Shown here in pieces: positions 19,385-29,044 of a stretch of 64,000 nucleotides of DNA. How positions within the stretch are numbered: position 1 is the first letter of the stretch; the number at the start of each line of letters is the position of its first letter. Source of the stretch: an uncultured Clostridia bacterium. GTDB taxonomy: Bacteria; Bacillota; Clostridia; Christensenellales; Borkfalkiaceae. Both the position numbers and the translations under genes were made by a program. The notes under the pieces were generated by a model. That model was not told the DNA's origin. It searched no databases and saw only the letters and a list, made by a program, of their open reading frames with translations. The stretch is taken from contig CANQSR010000011.1 of the NCBI GenBank assembly GCA_947626575.1, forward strand, positions 944-64,943, in the 5' to 3' direction.

Positions 19385-19900
19385 CGGATACGGATATCCA
19401 AACGCCGGGAAGCCTCCCCCTTGTGAGGGGAAGACCTGCCCCCTTTTAAGGGGTCGCAAAACGCGCTTCTCGCACATCAGCACAGTGTGCTGTGGGCGGC
19501 GTTTTGCGGGGAGTGAGCGCATTTGCCGCGCGAACGGTGACCGAACGCGGGGTTCTACCCGCGTGAGAGGGTGGCGCGGCTTTGCCGCGTCAGGTGGGGG
19601 TGATGAAAGGCGAGAGAATGTCCCCCCCACCACCGCCCTGCGGGCGGAGCCTCCCCCCATGGGGGGTAGGCCTTTTACTATTCGTCATTCCGCACGAGGC
19701 TTCTATTCGTCATTCCGAGCGGAGCGACGAAGTAGCGCAGTCGAGGAATCACCTTATTATAATCATGTGACCCTTCGACGGGCTCAGGGTGACGGATTTA
19801 CCCCCCCCACTCCCTCAATCCCTCTCCCCAAGGAGCGGGTAGCTCTTACTTACGTCCTTCCGCGGGAAAACCGACAAAAGCTGCTTTTTTCCGACCCCAT
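19385..19900. repeat. Mosaic repeat block
   Basis: It contains M2(+) at 19452-19568, M10 at about 19615-19670, and M5(-) at about 19745-19850. Confidence 0.85.
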
Positions 19901-19957
19901 ATGACATTTTTTTCTCCCTTCCGCCTGTTATACTCATGCGGAGAAGGAGAATTTTTT

Positions 19958-20911
19958 ATGCCGTTTGAAAAGAGAGTTTGCGTACTCAAACAAGTTAAAA
20001 AGGGATTTACCGCAGACGGCAGCGCCCTATCCGGCGCCGTCTACTGCGAACGGTTGGGCGAGGAGATCACGGTCATGCCCCGCCTCTTGGGCATCGCGCC
20101 CGTCAAGGAGGGCCGCTATGCGCTCGCGCTGTGGGTGGCGGGCGGCGTCTATATCGTCGATCTGAACGGCGGGGCCAATGCGAAGATCGTTGCGCCGTCC
20201 ATGAAGGAGGGCGTGGCGGTGCTGCTCGTCTTTATCCGCAACGGGGAACCCAGCCCCGTCGCCTTCGGCAGTTGCGGGGCCGCACCCGCGTCTTACGAAG
20301 GCATTCTCGCCGAGATTTCCGCCCGCGAGAGGAAAAAGAAGGCACCCATGCCCGTACCCCCCGCCGCAGTTCCCACGGGATACCCCAACAATGCGCCCGT
20401 CGCGCCGCCGCAAGAAGAACCCTTTCGCGAAGAGAAATACGACGACGAAGCCATCGCCGAAGAAAACTTCTACCGTGAACGCGCGGTGCATGAAGATGCA
20501 ACAGCTGAAACGGAAGGCGCAAATGAGCCGCGCGAGGCAGGGGATCCGCCTTGCGGGGATGAAGAAGCGGTACATCCGTTCCGTGTCACAGCGGGCGGCC
20601 TTACATATTACCACACCGTGCGGGAAAAACTCCGGGAAGCCTTCGCCCGCTTCGAGAAGGATACGCGCCTCACGGCCGTATTCCCCTGTTCCGAATGGGT
20701 AAGGTCGGAGGGGGCGTTGCTCGGCATCATCTATGAGGGCGGACTGCCACGCTACCTGTGCGTTGCGGTGGAAGCCGCGGGCGAGCCGCCGGAGGAGATG
20801 AAGGAGCATTGCCAATTCGTCCCCGCGGGACCCTTTTCGGATACGGAGGGGTTTTATATAGTCTTTCAATCCGCCGACAGCGGGGAGTACGTGACTGTTT
20901 CTTCGGGCTAA
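19958..20911 (+). CDS. Hypothetical protein
   Basis: ORF 19901..20911. I prefer ATG 19958 (MPFEKRVCVLKQVKKGF...), which has GGAGAAGGAGAA 7 nt upstream. Confidence 0.6.
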   Translation: MPFEKRVCVLKQVKKGFTADGSALSGAVYCERLGEEITVMPRLLGIAPVKEGRYALALWVAGGVYIVDLNGGANAKIVAPSMKEGVAVLLVFIRNGEPSPVAFGSCGAAPASYEGILAEISARERKKKAPMPVPPAAVPTGYPNNAPVAPPQEEPFREEKYDDEAIAEENFYRERAVHEDATAETEGANEPREAGDPPCGDEEAVHPFRVTAGGLTYYHTVREKLREAFARFEKDTRLTAVFPCSEWVRSEGALLGIIYEGGLPRYLCVAVEAAGEPPEEMKEHCQFVPAGPFSDTEGFYIVFQSADSGEYVTVSSG

Positions 20912-21365
20912 CTGCGTATAAGCTACGCGATACGTCGTCGAAGATGCGCTTCCCTCGGTCGTGTACGTTTTAAGTACACTCCCGTCGGGAATGCTCCTTC
21001 TCCTCGTCTCGCTTGCTTCTCCGCAGTTGGGGTAACCATAACGCTTATTCGGGCAATTCACGCCCTGCGGGCGCGCCCCTTCGGGGCGTCCGCGCAAGCC
21101 CTACCCCCAACGGGGGGAGGGTGGCACGAGCGGAGCGAGTGACGGATGGGGGGCTAACTCCGTACCCCACCACCGTCCTGCCCGAACGAGCATTGTTTGG
21201 CACCCCCTCCCCTACCCCTCCCCCTCTGGTAAAAGGGGGAGGGCAAGGAGGCCCGCGCCTCCCCCCTATACATGAGGGGTCGCAAAACGCCGCACGCAGC
21301 ACACCGTGCTGATGTGCGAGAAATGCGTTTTGCGACCTCTTAGGGGCGCCAAGGGGCGGCCGCCA
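20912..21365. repeat. Mosaic repeat block
   Basis: It contains M15(+) at 20912-21055, an M6-like unit at about 21110-21160, an M4 core fragment at about 21195-21245, and the M2 hairpin sub-module alone at 21278-21347. Confidence 0.8.
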
Positions 21366-21421
21366 TTCCTTATTAACATACCTTATCCTCTCTCATCCGC
21401 GCAAATTTTGCGTGGATTTTG

Positions 21422-21450
21422 TTTACAATTCCTCCTGTCCGTGGTATAAT
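21422..21450 (+). promoter_or_regulatory. SigA-type promoter of pck
   Basis: TTTACA-N17-(TGg)TATAAT. Confidence 0.65.
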
Positions 21451-21484
21451 AGAATAGAACGGAAACGTTTTACAGGAGGTTACT

Positions 21485-23251
21485 ATGGCGCTTACCAACA
21501 ACAAAAAAGTCCTCGCGTTCGTCAAAGAGAGCGCGGAACTTGCCCAGCCCGACAACATCGTATGGATCGACGGCAGCGAGGCCCAGCTTGCGGCCCTCCG
21601 CGAAGAGGCCGTAAAGACGGGCGAAATGATCAAACTCAACCAGAAAAAGCTCCCCGGATGCTACTATCACCGCACCGCGCAAAACGATGTGGCGCGCGTC
21701 GAGGACCGTACCTTTATCTGCTGCCGCAATAAGGACGACGCAGGCCCCATCAACTATTGGATGGACCCCAAAGAGGCCTATGCCCTCTGCCGCGAGATCG
21801 CCCGCGGGAAGATGAAGGGCCGTACCATGTACGTGATCCCCTATTCGATGGGCGTTGTAGGCTCGCCGTTTTCCAAAATCGGCATCGAGGTCACGGACTC
21901 CATTTACGTCGTCCTCAACATGGCCATCATGACCCGCGTCGGCCTTGATTGTTACGACTACCTCGGCGAGGACGGGGACTTCATCAAGGGCTTCCATTGC
22001 AAATGCGATGTGGACCCCGAAAAGCGTTACATCATGCACTTCCCCGAAGATGATACCATCATCTCCGTCAACTCCGCTTACGGCGGCAACGTCCTGCTCG
22101 GCAAGAAGTGTTTTGCCCTGCGCATCGCTTCCTACCTCGGCAAGAACGAGGGCTGGATGGCCGAGCATATGCTCATTTTGGGCGTCACCTTCCCCGACGG
22201 CACCAAGAAATACCTCGCGGCGGCCTTCCCGTCCGCCTGCGGCAAGACCAACCTCGCCATGCTCATTCCCCCCAAACACTACCTCGAAAAGGGATACCGC
22301 GTGGAATGCGTGGGCGACGATATCGCATGGATCCGCGTGGGCGCGGACGGCAGGCTCTGGGCGGTCAACCCCGAAAATGGGTTCTTCGGCGTCGCGCCCG
22401 GCACCAACGAGAAGTCCAACCCCAACGCCCTCGCCGCAACGCGGCAGGGTACCATCTTCACCAACGTGGCCATCGACCCCTCCGATAACACGGTGTGGTG
22501 GGAGGGTCTCACCAAACAGCCGCCCGAAAAACTCATCGATTGGCTCGGCAACGATTGGACGCCCCAAAGCGGCGTGAAGGCCGCCCATCCCAATTCGAGG
22601 TTTACGGCGCCCGCAAGCGGTTGCCCGTGCCTCTCGCCCGCCTTCAACTCCAAGGAAGGCGTGCCGCTCGACGCCATCATCTTCGGCGGCAGACGCGCCA
22701 CGACGACCCCGCTCGTCTATCAATCCCGCGATTGGGACCACGGCGTGTTCGTGGGTTCCATCATGAGTTCCGAGACGACGGCCGCCGCGACGGGAGCTGT
22801 TGGCGTACTCCGCCACGACCCCATGGCGATGAAGCCCTTCTGCGGCTATCATATGGCAGATTACTTCGGCCATTGGATCGAAATGGGCAAGAAGATCGCG
22901 CATCCGCCCAAGATCTTCAACGTCAATTGGTTCCGGCAGGATGAAAAGGGCGAATTTTTGTGGCCGGGCTTCGGCGACAATATGCGCGTTCTCGAATGGA
23001 TCTTGAAGCGTTGCGACGGCAAAGTGGGCGCGCGCGAGACGGCCATCGGCTATGTCCCCTATGCGAAGGACATCGACCTCGAAGGTCTCGATTACAGCGA
23101 GGAGAAGCTCGAAAGCATCCTCTATGTGGATAAGAAGCGTTGGAGCGCCGAGGCGGACGAGATCGAGGGCTACTACAAGCAGTTCGGCGACCGTCTCCCC
23201 AAGGAGCTTCGCGAGAGTCTTAAAACGCTCAAAGAAAATTGCGAAAAGTGA
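21485..23251 (+). CDS. pck: Phosphoenolpyruvate carboxykinase (GTP)
   Basis: 588 aa with FPSACGKTNLAML (kinase-1a), GDDIAWI, and NSRFTAPA. It has a TTTACA-N17-TATAAT promoter and a hairpin terminator. Confidence 0.95.
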   Translation: MALTNNKKVLAFVKESAELAQPDNIVWIDGSEAQLAALREEAVKTGEMIKLNQKKLPGCYYHRTAQNDVARVEDRTFICCRNKDDAGPINYWMDPKEAYALCREIARGKMKGRTMYVIPYSMGVVGSPFSKIGIEVTDSIYVVLNMAIMTRVGLDCYDYLGEDGDFIKGFHCKCDVDPEKRYIMHFPEDDTIISVNSAYGGNVLLGKKCFALRIASYLGKNEGWMAEHMLILGVTFPDGTKKYLAAAFPSACGKTNLAMLIPPKHYLEKGYRVECVGDDIAWIRVGADGRLWAVNPENGFFGVAPGTNEKSNPNALAATRQGTIFTNVAIDPSDNTVWWEGLTKQPPEKLIDWLGNDWTPQSGVKAAHPNSRFTAPASGCPCLSPAFNSKEGVPLDAIIFGGRRATTTPLVYQSRDWDHGVFVGSIMSSETTAAATGAVGVLRHDPMAMKPFCGYHMADYFGHWIEMGKKIAHPPKIFNVNWFRQDEKGEFLWPGFGDNMRVLEWILKRCDGKVGARETAIGYVPYAKDIDLEGLDYSEEKLESILYVDKKRWSAEADEIEGYYKQFGDRLPKELRESLKTLKENCEK

Positions 23252-23265
23252 CACCTGTGGTCAAC

Positions 23266-23289
23266 AAAACCGCCTTCGGGCGGTTTTTT
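23266..23289 (+). terminator. Rho-independent terminator of pck
   Basis: AAAACCGCC-TTCG-GGCGGTTTTTT. Confidence 0.8.
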
Positions 23290-23290
23290 C

Positions 23291-24866
23291 ATATGCTTTT
23301 CTGCGGGGCGGGCGAGGCCTTGGCGCCCCTAAGAGGGGAGCTGGCACCGCAGGTGCCTGAGGGGTTTCGCTCTCGTCGCCCCTTTTAGGTCGCAAAACGC
23401 ACTTTTCGCACATCAGCACAGTGTGCTGTGGGCGGCGTTTTGCGGTGAGTGAGCGCATTTACCGCGCGAACGGTGACCGTCCAACCGAGGCTTCTATTTA
23501 TTATCGAAGGTCGCCACGAGCCGCAGGCGAAGTAACGCGGGGGGCTACCCGCGCGAGAAAGATGTCACGAGCTTGCGAGTGACAGAGGGGTTTTGAAACC
23601 CTTTCCCCCTTCGCAGGCTCAGGGTACTTTCCCTAAAAGGGACGGCTAGTTAGCGCGTGCGTTACCCTGATTGTACGTCATTCCGAGGAGCGAAGCGACG
23701 AGAAATCTCGTCTCTCGTCATGTTGAGCGAAGCGAAACATCCCGAAAAACGAAGTCCGCCTACATTGAACGCGGTCGCAATAAGATTCTTCGCGGATGGG
23801 CAGTTCGTTGAAAGTCATCCCTATGCGGCTCAGAATGACGGCTACTTCGTCGCTGCACTCTCGTCGCCCCTCTTGTGGGTCGCGGCAAGGCTACCCTCTC
23901 CTTGGGGAGAGGGACTAAGGGAGTGGGGATAAATCCGTCACCCTGAGCTTGCCGATGGGTCACATTATAATAATAAGGAGATTCCTCGGCAGAGCCTCGG
24001 AATGACGTATGGGAGCGCGGACGGAATGACGGATAGTATGACACCCCTTCCGTCACTCGCGTTGCTCGTGACACCCACCCCTCAAAGGGGTGGGCAAGGG
24101 GGCGCGTGCGTACGTCATTTCGAGGAGCGAAGCGACGAGAAATCTCGTCCCTCGTCATGTTGAGCGAAGCGAAACATCCCGAAAAACGAAGTCCGCCTAC
24201 ATTGAACGCGGTCGTAATAAGATTCTTCGCGGATAGGTAGTTCGTTGAAAGTCATCCTTATGCGGCTCAGAATGACAGCTACACCCCTTCCGTCACTCGC
24301 GTTGCTCGTGACACCCACCCCTCAAAGGGGTGGGCGAGGGGGCGCGTGCGTTGCCCTGATTGTATGTCATTCCGAGGAGCAAAGCGACGAGAAATCTCGT
24401 TCCCCGTCATGTTGAGCGAAGAGAAACATCCCGAAAAACGAAGTCCGCCTACATTGAACGCGGTCGCAATAAGATTCTTCGCGGATAGGCAGTTCGTTGA
24501 AAACCAAGCCAATGCGGCTCAGAATGACGGCTACTTCGTCGCCCCCTTGGGGCCGCGGCGAGGCCTACCCTCTCCTTGGGGAGAGGGATTAAGGGAGTGG
24601 GGATAAATCCGTCACCCTGAGCTTGCCGAAGGGTCACATTATTATAAGGAGATTCCTCGGCAGAGCCTCGGAATGACGTATATTTCCCACCTCAGTCACG
24701 CGTGACAGCTCCTCCCCAGGGGGCGCTATCGGAAACCCTTTATCCTCATTCCGAACGGAGCGAAGCGGAGTGAGTGAATTCGAATTGGTTCCATATGCCT
24801 CTTTGTTCAAGATACACTCCCCGCTCACTGCGTTCGGGGTCGGTATGAGGGAAAACTCCTTCATCC
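23291..24866. repeat. Largest mosaic repeat block (about 1.6 kb)
   Basis: It contains M2(+)::M8 at 23388-23558 (insert 23480-23533), M9 at about 23560-23650, three 169-bp M7 copies (23676-23844, 24113-24281, 24365-24533), M5 twice (about 23880-24010 and 24555-24680), M6 twice (about 24040-24100 and 24283-24345), and M13(-) at about 24745-24860. Confidence 0.9.
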
Positions 24867-24869
24867 GCT

Positions 24870-25082
24870 TTAAGGGTCTATGCCGAAAAGCGTGTTCGGC
24901 GTGACCCCATATAATTTGCAGAGCGCAAGGATCTGCTCATAATTCAGCTGAAAGACGCCGTTTTCAAAACGGCTGTATTGTTGTTGCGTCATGAGCATTT
25001 TTGCGGCGACTTCCTTTTGGGTCAAGCCCATATCTTTACGCGCTTGTTTGAGGTTCGCCCCCACCATTTTTGCAACTTCCAT
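24870..25082 (-). CDS. XRE-family helix-turn-helix transcriptional regulator
   Basis: 70 aa. LKQARKDMGLTQKEVAAKMLMTQQQYSRFENG is a classic Cro/C1 HTH. A hand count gives about 47% GC. Confidence 0.8.
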   Translation of the reverse strand: MEVAKMVGANLKQARKDMGLTQKEVAAKMLMTQQQYSRFENGVFQLNYEQILALCKLYGVTPNTLFGIDP

Positions 25083-25126
25083 GTAAGAATTATTACCATA
25101 AAGTGATGTAAAATCCTTGACTTACG

Positions 25127-25155
25127 CCGCTTTATGATGTAAAATAGAGGACGCT
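25127..25155 (+). promoter_or_regulatory. SigA-type promoter of the lipoprotein gene in the XRE divergent region
   Basis: TTGACT-N17-(TGt)TAAAAT. The 11-mer TGATGTAAAAT occurs twice (about 25104 and 25145) and is a possible XRE operator. Confidence 0.65.
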
Positions 25156-25182
25156 AAAACCATTTTATTAAGGAGAAATGAT

Positions 25183-25881
25183 ATGAAAAAGGCAATGCTT
25201 TTCATGGCGGCCGCCGTGATCGCATCCGCGCTGTGTTTTGGCGCGGCGGGCTGTGCGGAGCAAGGGATCGACCCCGAAACATTTTCAAGCGAAACCGTGA
25301 CCGCCGAGCAGTGGACCGCCGCCTTCGAAGATGATAATTTCGTAAGTTACAGATTGCATTCGTTCAGGTATCTCGCGGGCGATGACGGCGTCAATGAATC
25401 CGGAATATGTACGAAGGAAGAAAATCGGATACAAATGGAATGGACTTTGGGGGACACTTCCGCCGGAGCGGATGCTTCCACCGAAGCGACGATGCGGTAT
25501 TGCGAGAAGACAGAGGACGGTACGATCTTGTGTTACGAAAGCGCGGACGGATCAAAATGGCAGGAAACCCCCGACTATGGGGCCTACAAGACATTCGCAA
25601 ACCCCGCAAACGGTTTTTTGGAAATCATTGAGCAGTTGATGGAAGTCAATCTGCGTGAATATGAAACCTTTACATACAGTGAAGCGCAAAAAGGGTATGT
25701 TTTTACGCAAGAGACGTCTGCCATGAAGGATACCGTAACGCTAAAATTCCAGAGCGGTAAGATCGTCGCGATCTTGTGGGAAAGAATGGAAGGCGAAACA
25801 AAGACGGGAAACTATATTTGCGCAATTACATATGGCAAGCAGAACGTCGTCCGCCCCAAGGTAGAAGAGCCGTCGGAATAA
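25183..25881 (+). CDS. Lipoprotein of unknown function
   Basis: 232 aa with the signal and lipobox MKKAMLFMAAAVIASALCFGAAGC. It has a strong TTGACT-N17-TAAAAT promoter, is divergent from the XRE gene, and is lower in GC than its neighbours. Confidence 0.7.
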   Translation: MKKAMLFMAAAVIASALCFGAAGCAEQGIDPETFSSETVTAEQWTAAFEDDNFVSYRLHSFRYLAGDDGVNESGICTKEENRIQMEWTLGDTSAGADASTEATMRYCEKTEDGTILCYESADGSKWQETPDYGAYKTFANPANGFLEIIEQLMEVNLREYETFTYSEAQKGYVFTQETSAMKDTVTLKFQSGKIVAILWERMEGETKTGNYICAITYGKQNVVRPKVEEPSE

Positions 25882-25964
25882 CGAGGGCATGTTGGCTTAG
25901 CGGCGTCATCCGCGAAAGCCTCAACGCTCAAAGAAAATTGCGAAAAGTGACACCTGTGGTCGAA

Positions 25965-25989
25965 AAAAACCGCCTTCGGGCGGTTTTTT
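25965..25989 (+). terminator. Rho-independent terminator, near-identical copy of the pck terminator
   Basis: AAAAACCGCC-TTCG-GGCGGTTTTTT. Confidence 0.75.
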
Positions 25990-25990
25990 C

Positions 25991-26600
25991 TTGTGGTTTT
26001 CCGCGGGGTGGGGTGAGGCCTACCCCCTCCTTGGGGAGAGGGACTAAGGGAGTGGGGATAAATCCGTCACCCTGAGCTTGCCGAAGGGTCACATTATAAT
26101 AAGGTGATTCCTCACTTCGTTCGGAATGACGCATAGGAGCGCGGACGGAATGACGGCTACATCGTCGCTGCGTTCCTCGTCGCCCCTAAAGAGGGGAGAT
26201 GTCACGAGCTTGCGAGAGACAGAGGGGTTTTGAAACCCTTTCCCCCTTCGCAGGCTCAGGGTACTTTCCCTTTCAGGGACAGCAAGGGGGGCGGGCGGAA
26301 TGACGGATAGTATGACACCCCTTCCGTCACTCGCGTTGCTCGTGCCACCCACCCCTCAAAGGGGTGGGCGAGGGGGCGCGTGCGTTGCCCTGATTGTACG
26401 TCATTTCGAGGAGCGAAGCGACGAGAAATCCCGTTCCACGTCATGTTGAGCGAAGCGAAACATCCCGAAAAACGAAGTCCGCCTACATTGAACGCGGTCG
26501 CAATAAGATTCTTCGCGGATGGGCAGTTCGATGAAAGTCATCCTTATGCGGCTCAGAATGACGGCTGCTCCCTACCACGGTCTCCTCCGCGTCCTCGTCA
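25991..26600. repeat. Mosaic repeat block
   Basis: It contains M5 at about 26010-26130, M9 at about 26195-26285, M6 at about 26313-26375, and M7 at 26399-26566. Confidence 0.85.
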
Positions 26601-26647
26601 CCCCCTCCGCGGCGAAAGAAAATTTCACGAAAAGAATCTTATAAAAA

Positions 26648-26676
26648 TAGACAAACGCGCGCGGGCGTGATATAAT
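26648..26676 (+). promoter_or_regulatory. SigA-type promoter of hppA
   Basis: TAGACA-N17-TATAAT. Confidence 0.55.
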
Positions 26677-26708
26677 AATGGCAATGTTTCCTAATCAAGG
26701 AGGGGAAT

Positions 26709-28976
26709 ATGAATCTCTTAGTTTCAACACCCTTTGAGCATAGCGCGCTCAGCCTGAACCTGCTCACGATCATCGTCATGTTCGCAGTGGTCCTCGGCCT
26801 CGGCTATGCCGCGCTCAACTTCTTCCTCACGAAGAAGCTCAAAGAGGGCAACGAGCGGATGCAGCACATCGCCGCAAAGATCCGCGAAGGCGCGAACGCA
26901 TTCATCTTCTATGAATACAAGATCGTCGCCATCATCGGCCTCGCCGTGGCCGTGGTCCTCGCCATCCTCATCGCATGGGAGACGGGCGTCGCCTTCGTCA
27001 TCGGCGCCATCATGTCGGCGACGGCGGGCTTCATCGGCATGAAGATCGCAACGTACGCCAACGTGCGCGTCACGAACGCCGCCAACGAGAGCCGCAATAT
27101 CGGCAAGACTTTGAAAGTCGCCTTCCGCGGCGGCTCCGTCATGGGGCTGTGCGTCGCGGGGTTTGCCCTGCTCGGCGCCATCCTCGTCTACTGCATCTTC
27201 GGCTGGGCGGGCGGCATGCTCACGCTTACCGATGCGGGCGAGATCGTCTCGCATGTCAACCCCGTCACGGGGCAGAGCTACAATCTCTCCATCATCCTTT
27301 CGGGCTATGCCCTCGGCTGTTCCATCATCGCCCTCTTCAACCGCGTGGGCGGCGGCATCTACACCAAGGCCGCGGATATGGGCGCCGACCTCGTCGGAAA
27401 GACGGAGGCGCATATCCCCGAAGACGACCCCCGCAACCCCGCCACTATCGCCGATAACGTGGGCGATAACGTGGGCGACGTCGCGGGCCTCGGCGCCGAC
27501 CTTCTCGAAAGCTATGTGGGCGCCATCATGTCCACGGTCATCCTCGCCCTCGAACTCTTCAACAACACCTTGGGCGCGGCGGGGGTCATCGGCGTCTGGC
27601 TCTTGCAGAAGATGATCCTGTTCCCCATTCTCTTTGCGGGCATCGGCCTCATCGGGTGCGTTGCGGGCATCTCCTACCCCCTTTTGAAGCCCAAGCTCTC
27701 GGATAATCCGCACATGGAACTCAACCTCGCGACGTGGATCTCCGCGGGCGTGACCGTCATCGGCGGGTGTCTGCTCTCCGTGTTCCTCTTCATGGGGGAG
27801 AGCGCGGAAGCGCTCAAAGCGGCCAAGCTGAACATCGGCGTCGTTTCGCCGTGGGTGGCGGCTTCGGTCGGCATACTCGCGGGCATCGTCATCGGCATCA
27901 TCTCGGAGTACTACACGAGTTACGACCATAAGCCCACGAAGAGCATCGCGCACGCGAGCAAAGAGGGCGCGGCGCTCACCATCACGCAGGGCATGGCGAC
28001 GGGCATGATCTCGACGATGCTCCCCGTCGTCGTTTTGGGCATCGCCATCTTCTCTTGCTATGCGATCGGCGGCATGTATGGCGTCGGCTGCGGCGCGATG
28101 GGCATGCTCTCCTTCGTCGCGGCGACCGTCTCCGTGGATACGTACGGCCCCATTTCGGATAACGCGGGCGGCATCGCCGAAATGAGCATGCTCGATGAAG
28201 AGGTGCGCGATATCACGGATACCCTCGATTCCGTCGGCAACACGACGGCGGCCATCGGCAAGGGATTTGCCATCGGGAGCGCGGCGCTCGCCACCATGTC
28301 CATGATGTCGAGCTATCTGTATGCCGCGGCCGATACCTTCCTGCAAAACGGCCTTCTCACGCTCAACATCATCCGCGGGGATATCATCGTGGGCGCCATC
28401 GTGGGCGCGGCCATCCCCTTCCTGTTTTCGGGGATGCTCATCAATGCCGTCGCCAAGGCGGCGCGCAAGATGGTGGAGGAAGTGCGCCGCCAATTCCGCG
28501 AAAATCCCAAGATCCTTTCGGGCGAAGAGGACCCCGATTCCACCAAATGCGTCACCATTTCCTCGCAGGGCGCGCTCAAACAGATGATCGTGCCTTCCGT
28601 CGTCGCCATCGCCATCCCCGTCGTCTGCGGCTTCATCTTCGGCCCCGGCTTTGTGGGCGGCATCCTCATCGGCGCGACGCTCTCCGCCATCATGCTCGCC
28701 ATCTACACGGGCAACGCGGGCGGCGCGTGGGATAACGCCAAGAAGTTCATCGAATCGGGCGGCGTCGAAGGCGTCAAGAAGGGCGAAGAGGGCTATGATA
28801 CCGTCCATGACGCGGCCGTCGTGGGCGATACCGTCGGCGACCCCTTGAAAGATACCGTCGGGCCTTCCCTCGATATCCTCATCAAGATCATGTCCACGAT
28901 CTCGCTCGTGTGCGTGGTGGTGTTCCAGAACTTCAATCTGATGAAAGTACTCAATCTCACGTCCCTGTTTGCATAA
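26709..28976 (+). CDS. hppA: Membrane-bound proton/sodium-translocating pyrophosphatase
   Basis: 755 aa and polytopic, with ADNVGDNVGDVAGLGADL, GPISDNAGGIAEM and DTVGDPLKDTVGPSL. Confidence 0.95.
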   Translation: MNLLVSTPFEHSALSLNLLTIIVMFAVVLGLGYAALNFFLTKKLKEGNERMQHIAAKIREGANAFIFYEYKIVAIIGLAVAVVLAILIAWETGVAFVIGAIMSATAGFIGMKIATYANVRVTNAANESRNIGKTLKVAFRGGSVMGLCVAGFALLGAILVYCIFGWAGGMLTLTDAGEIVSHVNPVTGQSYNLSIILSGYALGCSIIALFNRVGGGIYTKAADMGADLVGKTEAHIPEDDPRNPATIADNVGDNVGDVAGLGADLLESYVGAIMSTVILALELFNNTLGAAGVIGVWLLQKMILFPILFAGIGLIGCVAGISYPLLKPKLSDNPHMELNLATWISAGVTVIGGCLLSVFLFMGESAEALKAAKLNIGVVSPWVAASVGILAGIVIGIISEYYTSYDHKPTKSIAHASKEGAALTITQGMATGMISTMLPVVVLGIAIFSCYAIGGMYGVGCGAMGMLSFVAATVSVDTYGPISDNAGGIAEMSMLDEEVRDITDTLDSVGNTTAAIGKGFAIGSAALATMSMMSSYLYAAADTFLQNGLLTLNIIRGDIIVGAIVGAAIPFLFSGMLINAVAKAARKMVEEVRRQFRENPKILSGEEDPDSTKCVTISSQGALKQMIVPSVVAIAIPVVCGFIFGPGFVGGILIGATLSAIMLAIYTGNAGGAWDNAKKFIESGGVEGVKKGEEGYDTVHDAAVVGDTVGDPLKDTVGPSLDILIKIMSTISLVCVVVFQNFNLMKVLNLTSLFA

Positions 28977-28989
28977 CGAGACCTCAGCG

Positions 28990-29019
28990 GGCGGCGGCTC
29001 TTATGGCCGCCGCTTTTCT
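28990..29019 (+). terminator. Rho-independent terminator of hppA
   Basis: GCGGCGGC-loop-GCCGCCGC, then TTTTCTT. Confidence 0.65.
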
Positions 29020-29044
29020 TAAAAAAGCGCAAAAACCTTACCCC

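Noticed and set aside
23125-23133. Perfect DnaA box TGTGGATAA inside pck, and similar isolated 8/9 matches inside other genes.
   Set aside because: These are single boxes inside coding sequence with no clustering. They are consistent with chance or codon context and are not counted as origin or regulatory elements.
28910-29044. Upstream start for the heparinase-like ORF, overlapping the hppA 3' end.
   Set aside because: The extension contains the hppA stop and its terminator hairpin (28990-29019). ATG 29045, downstream of the terminator, was chosen.
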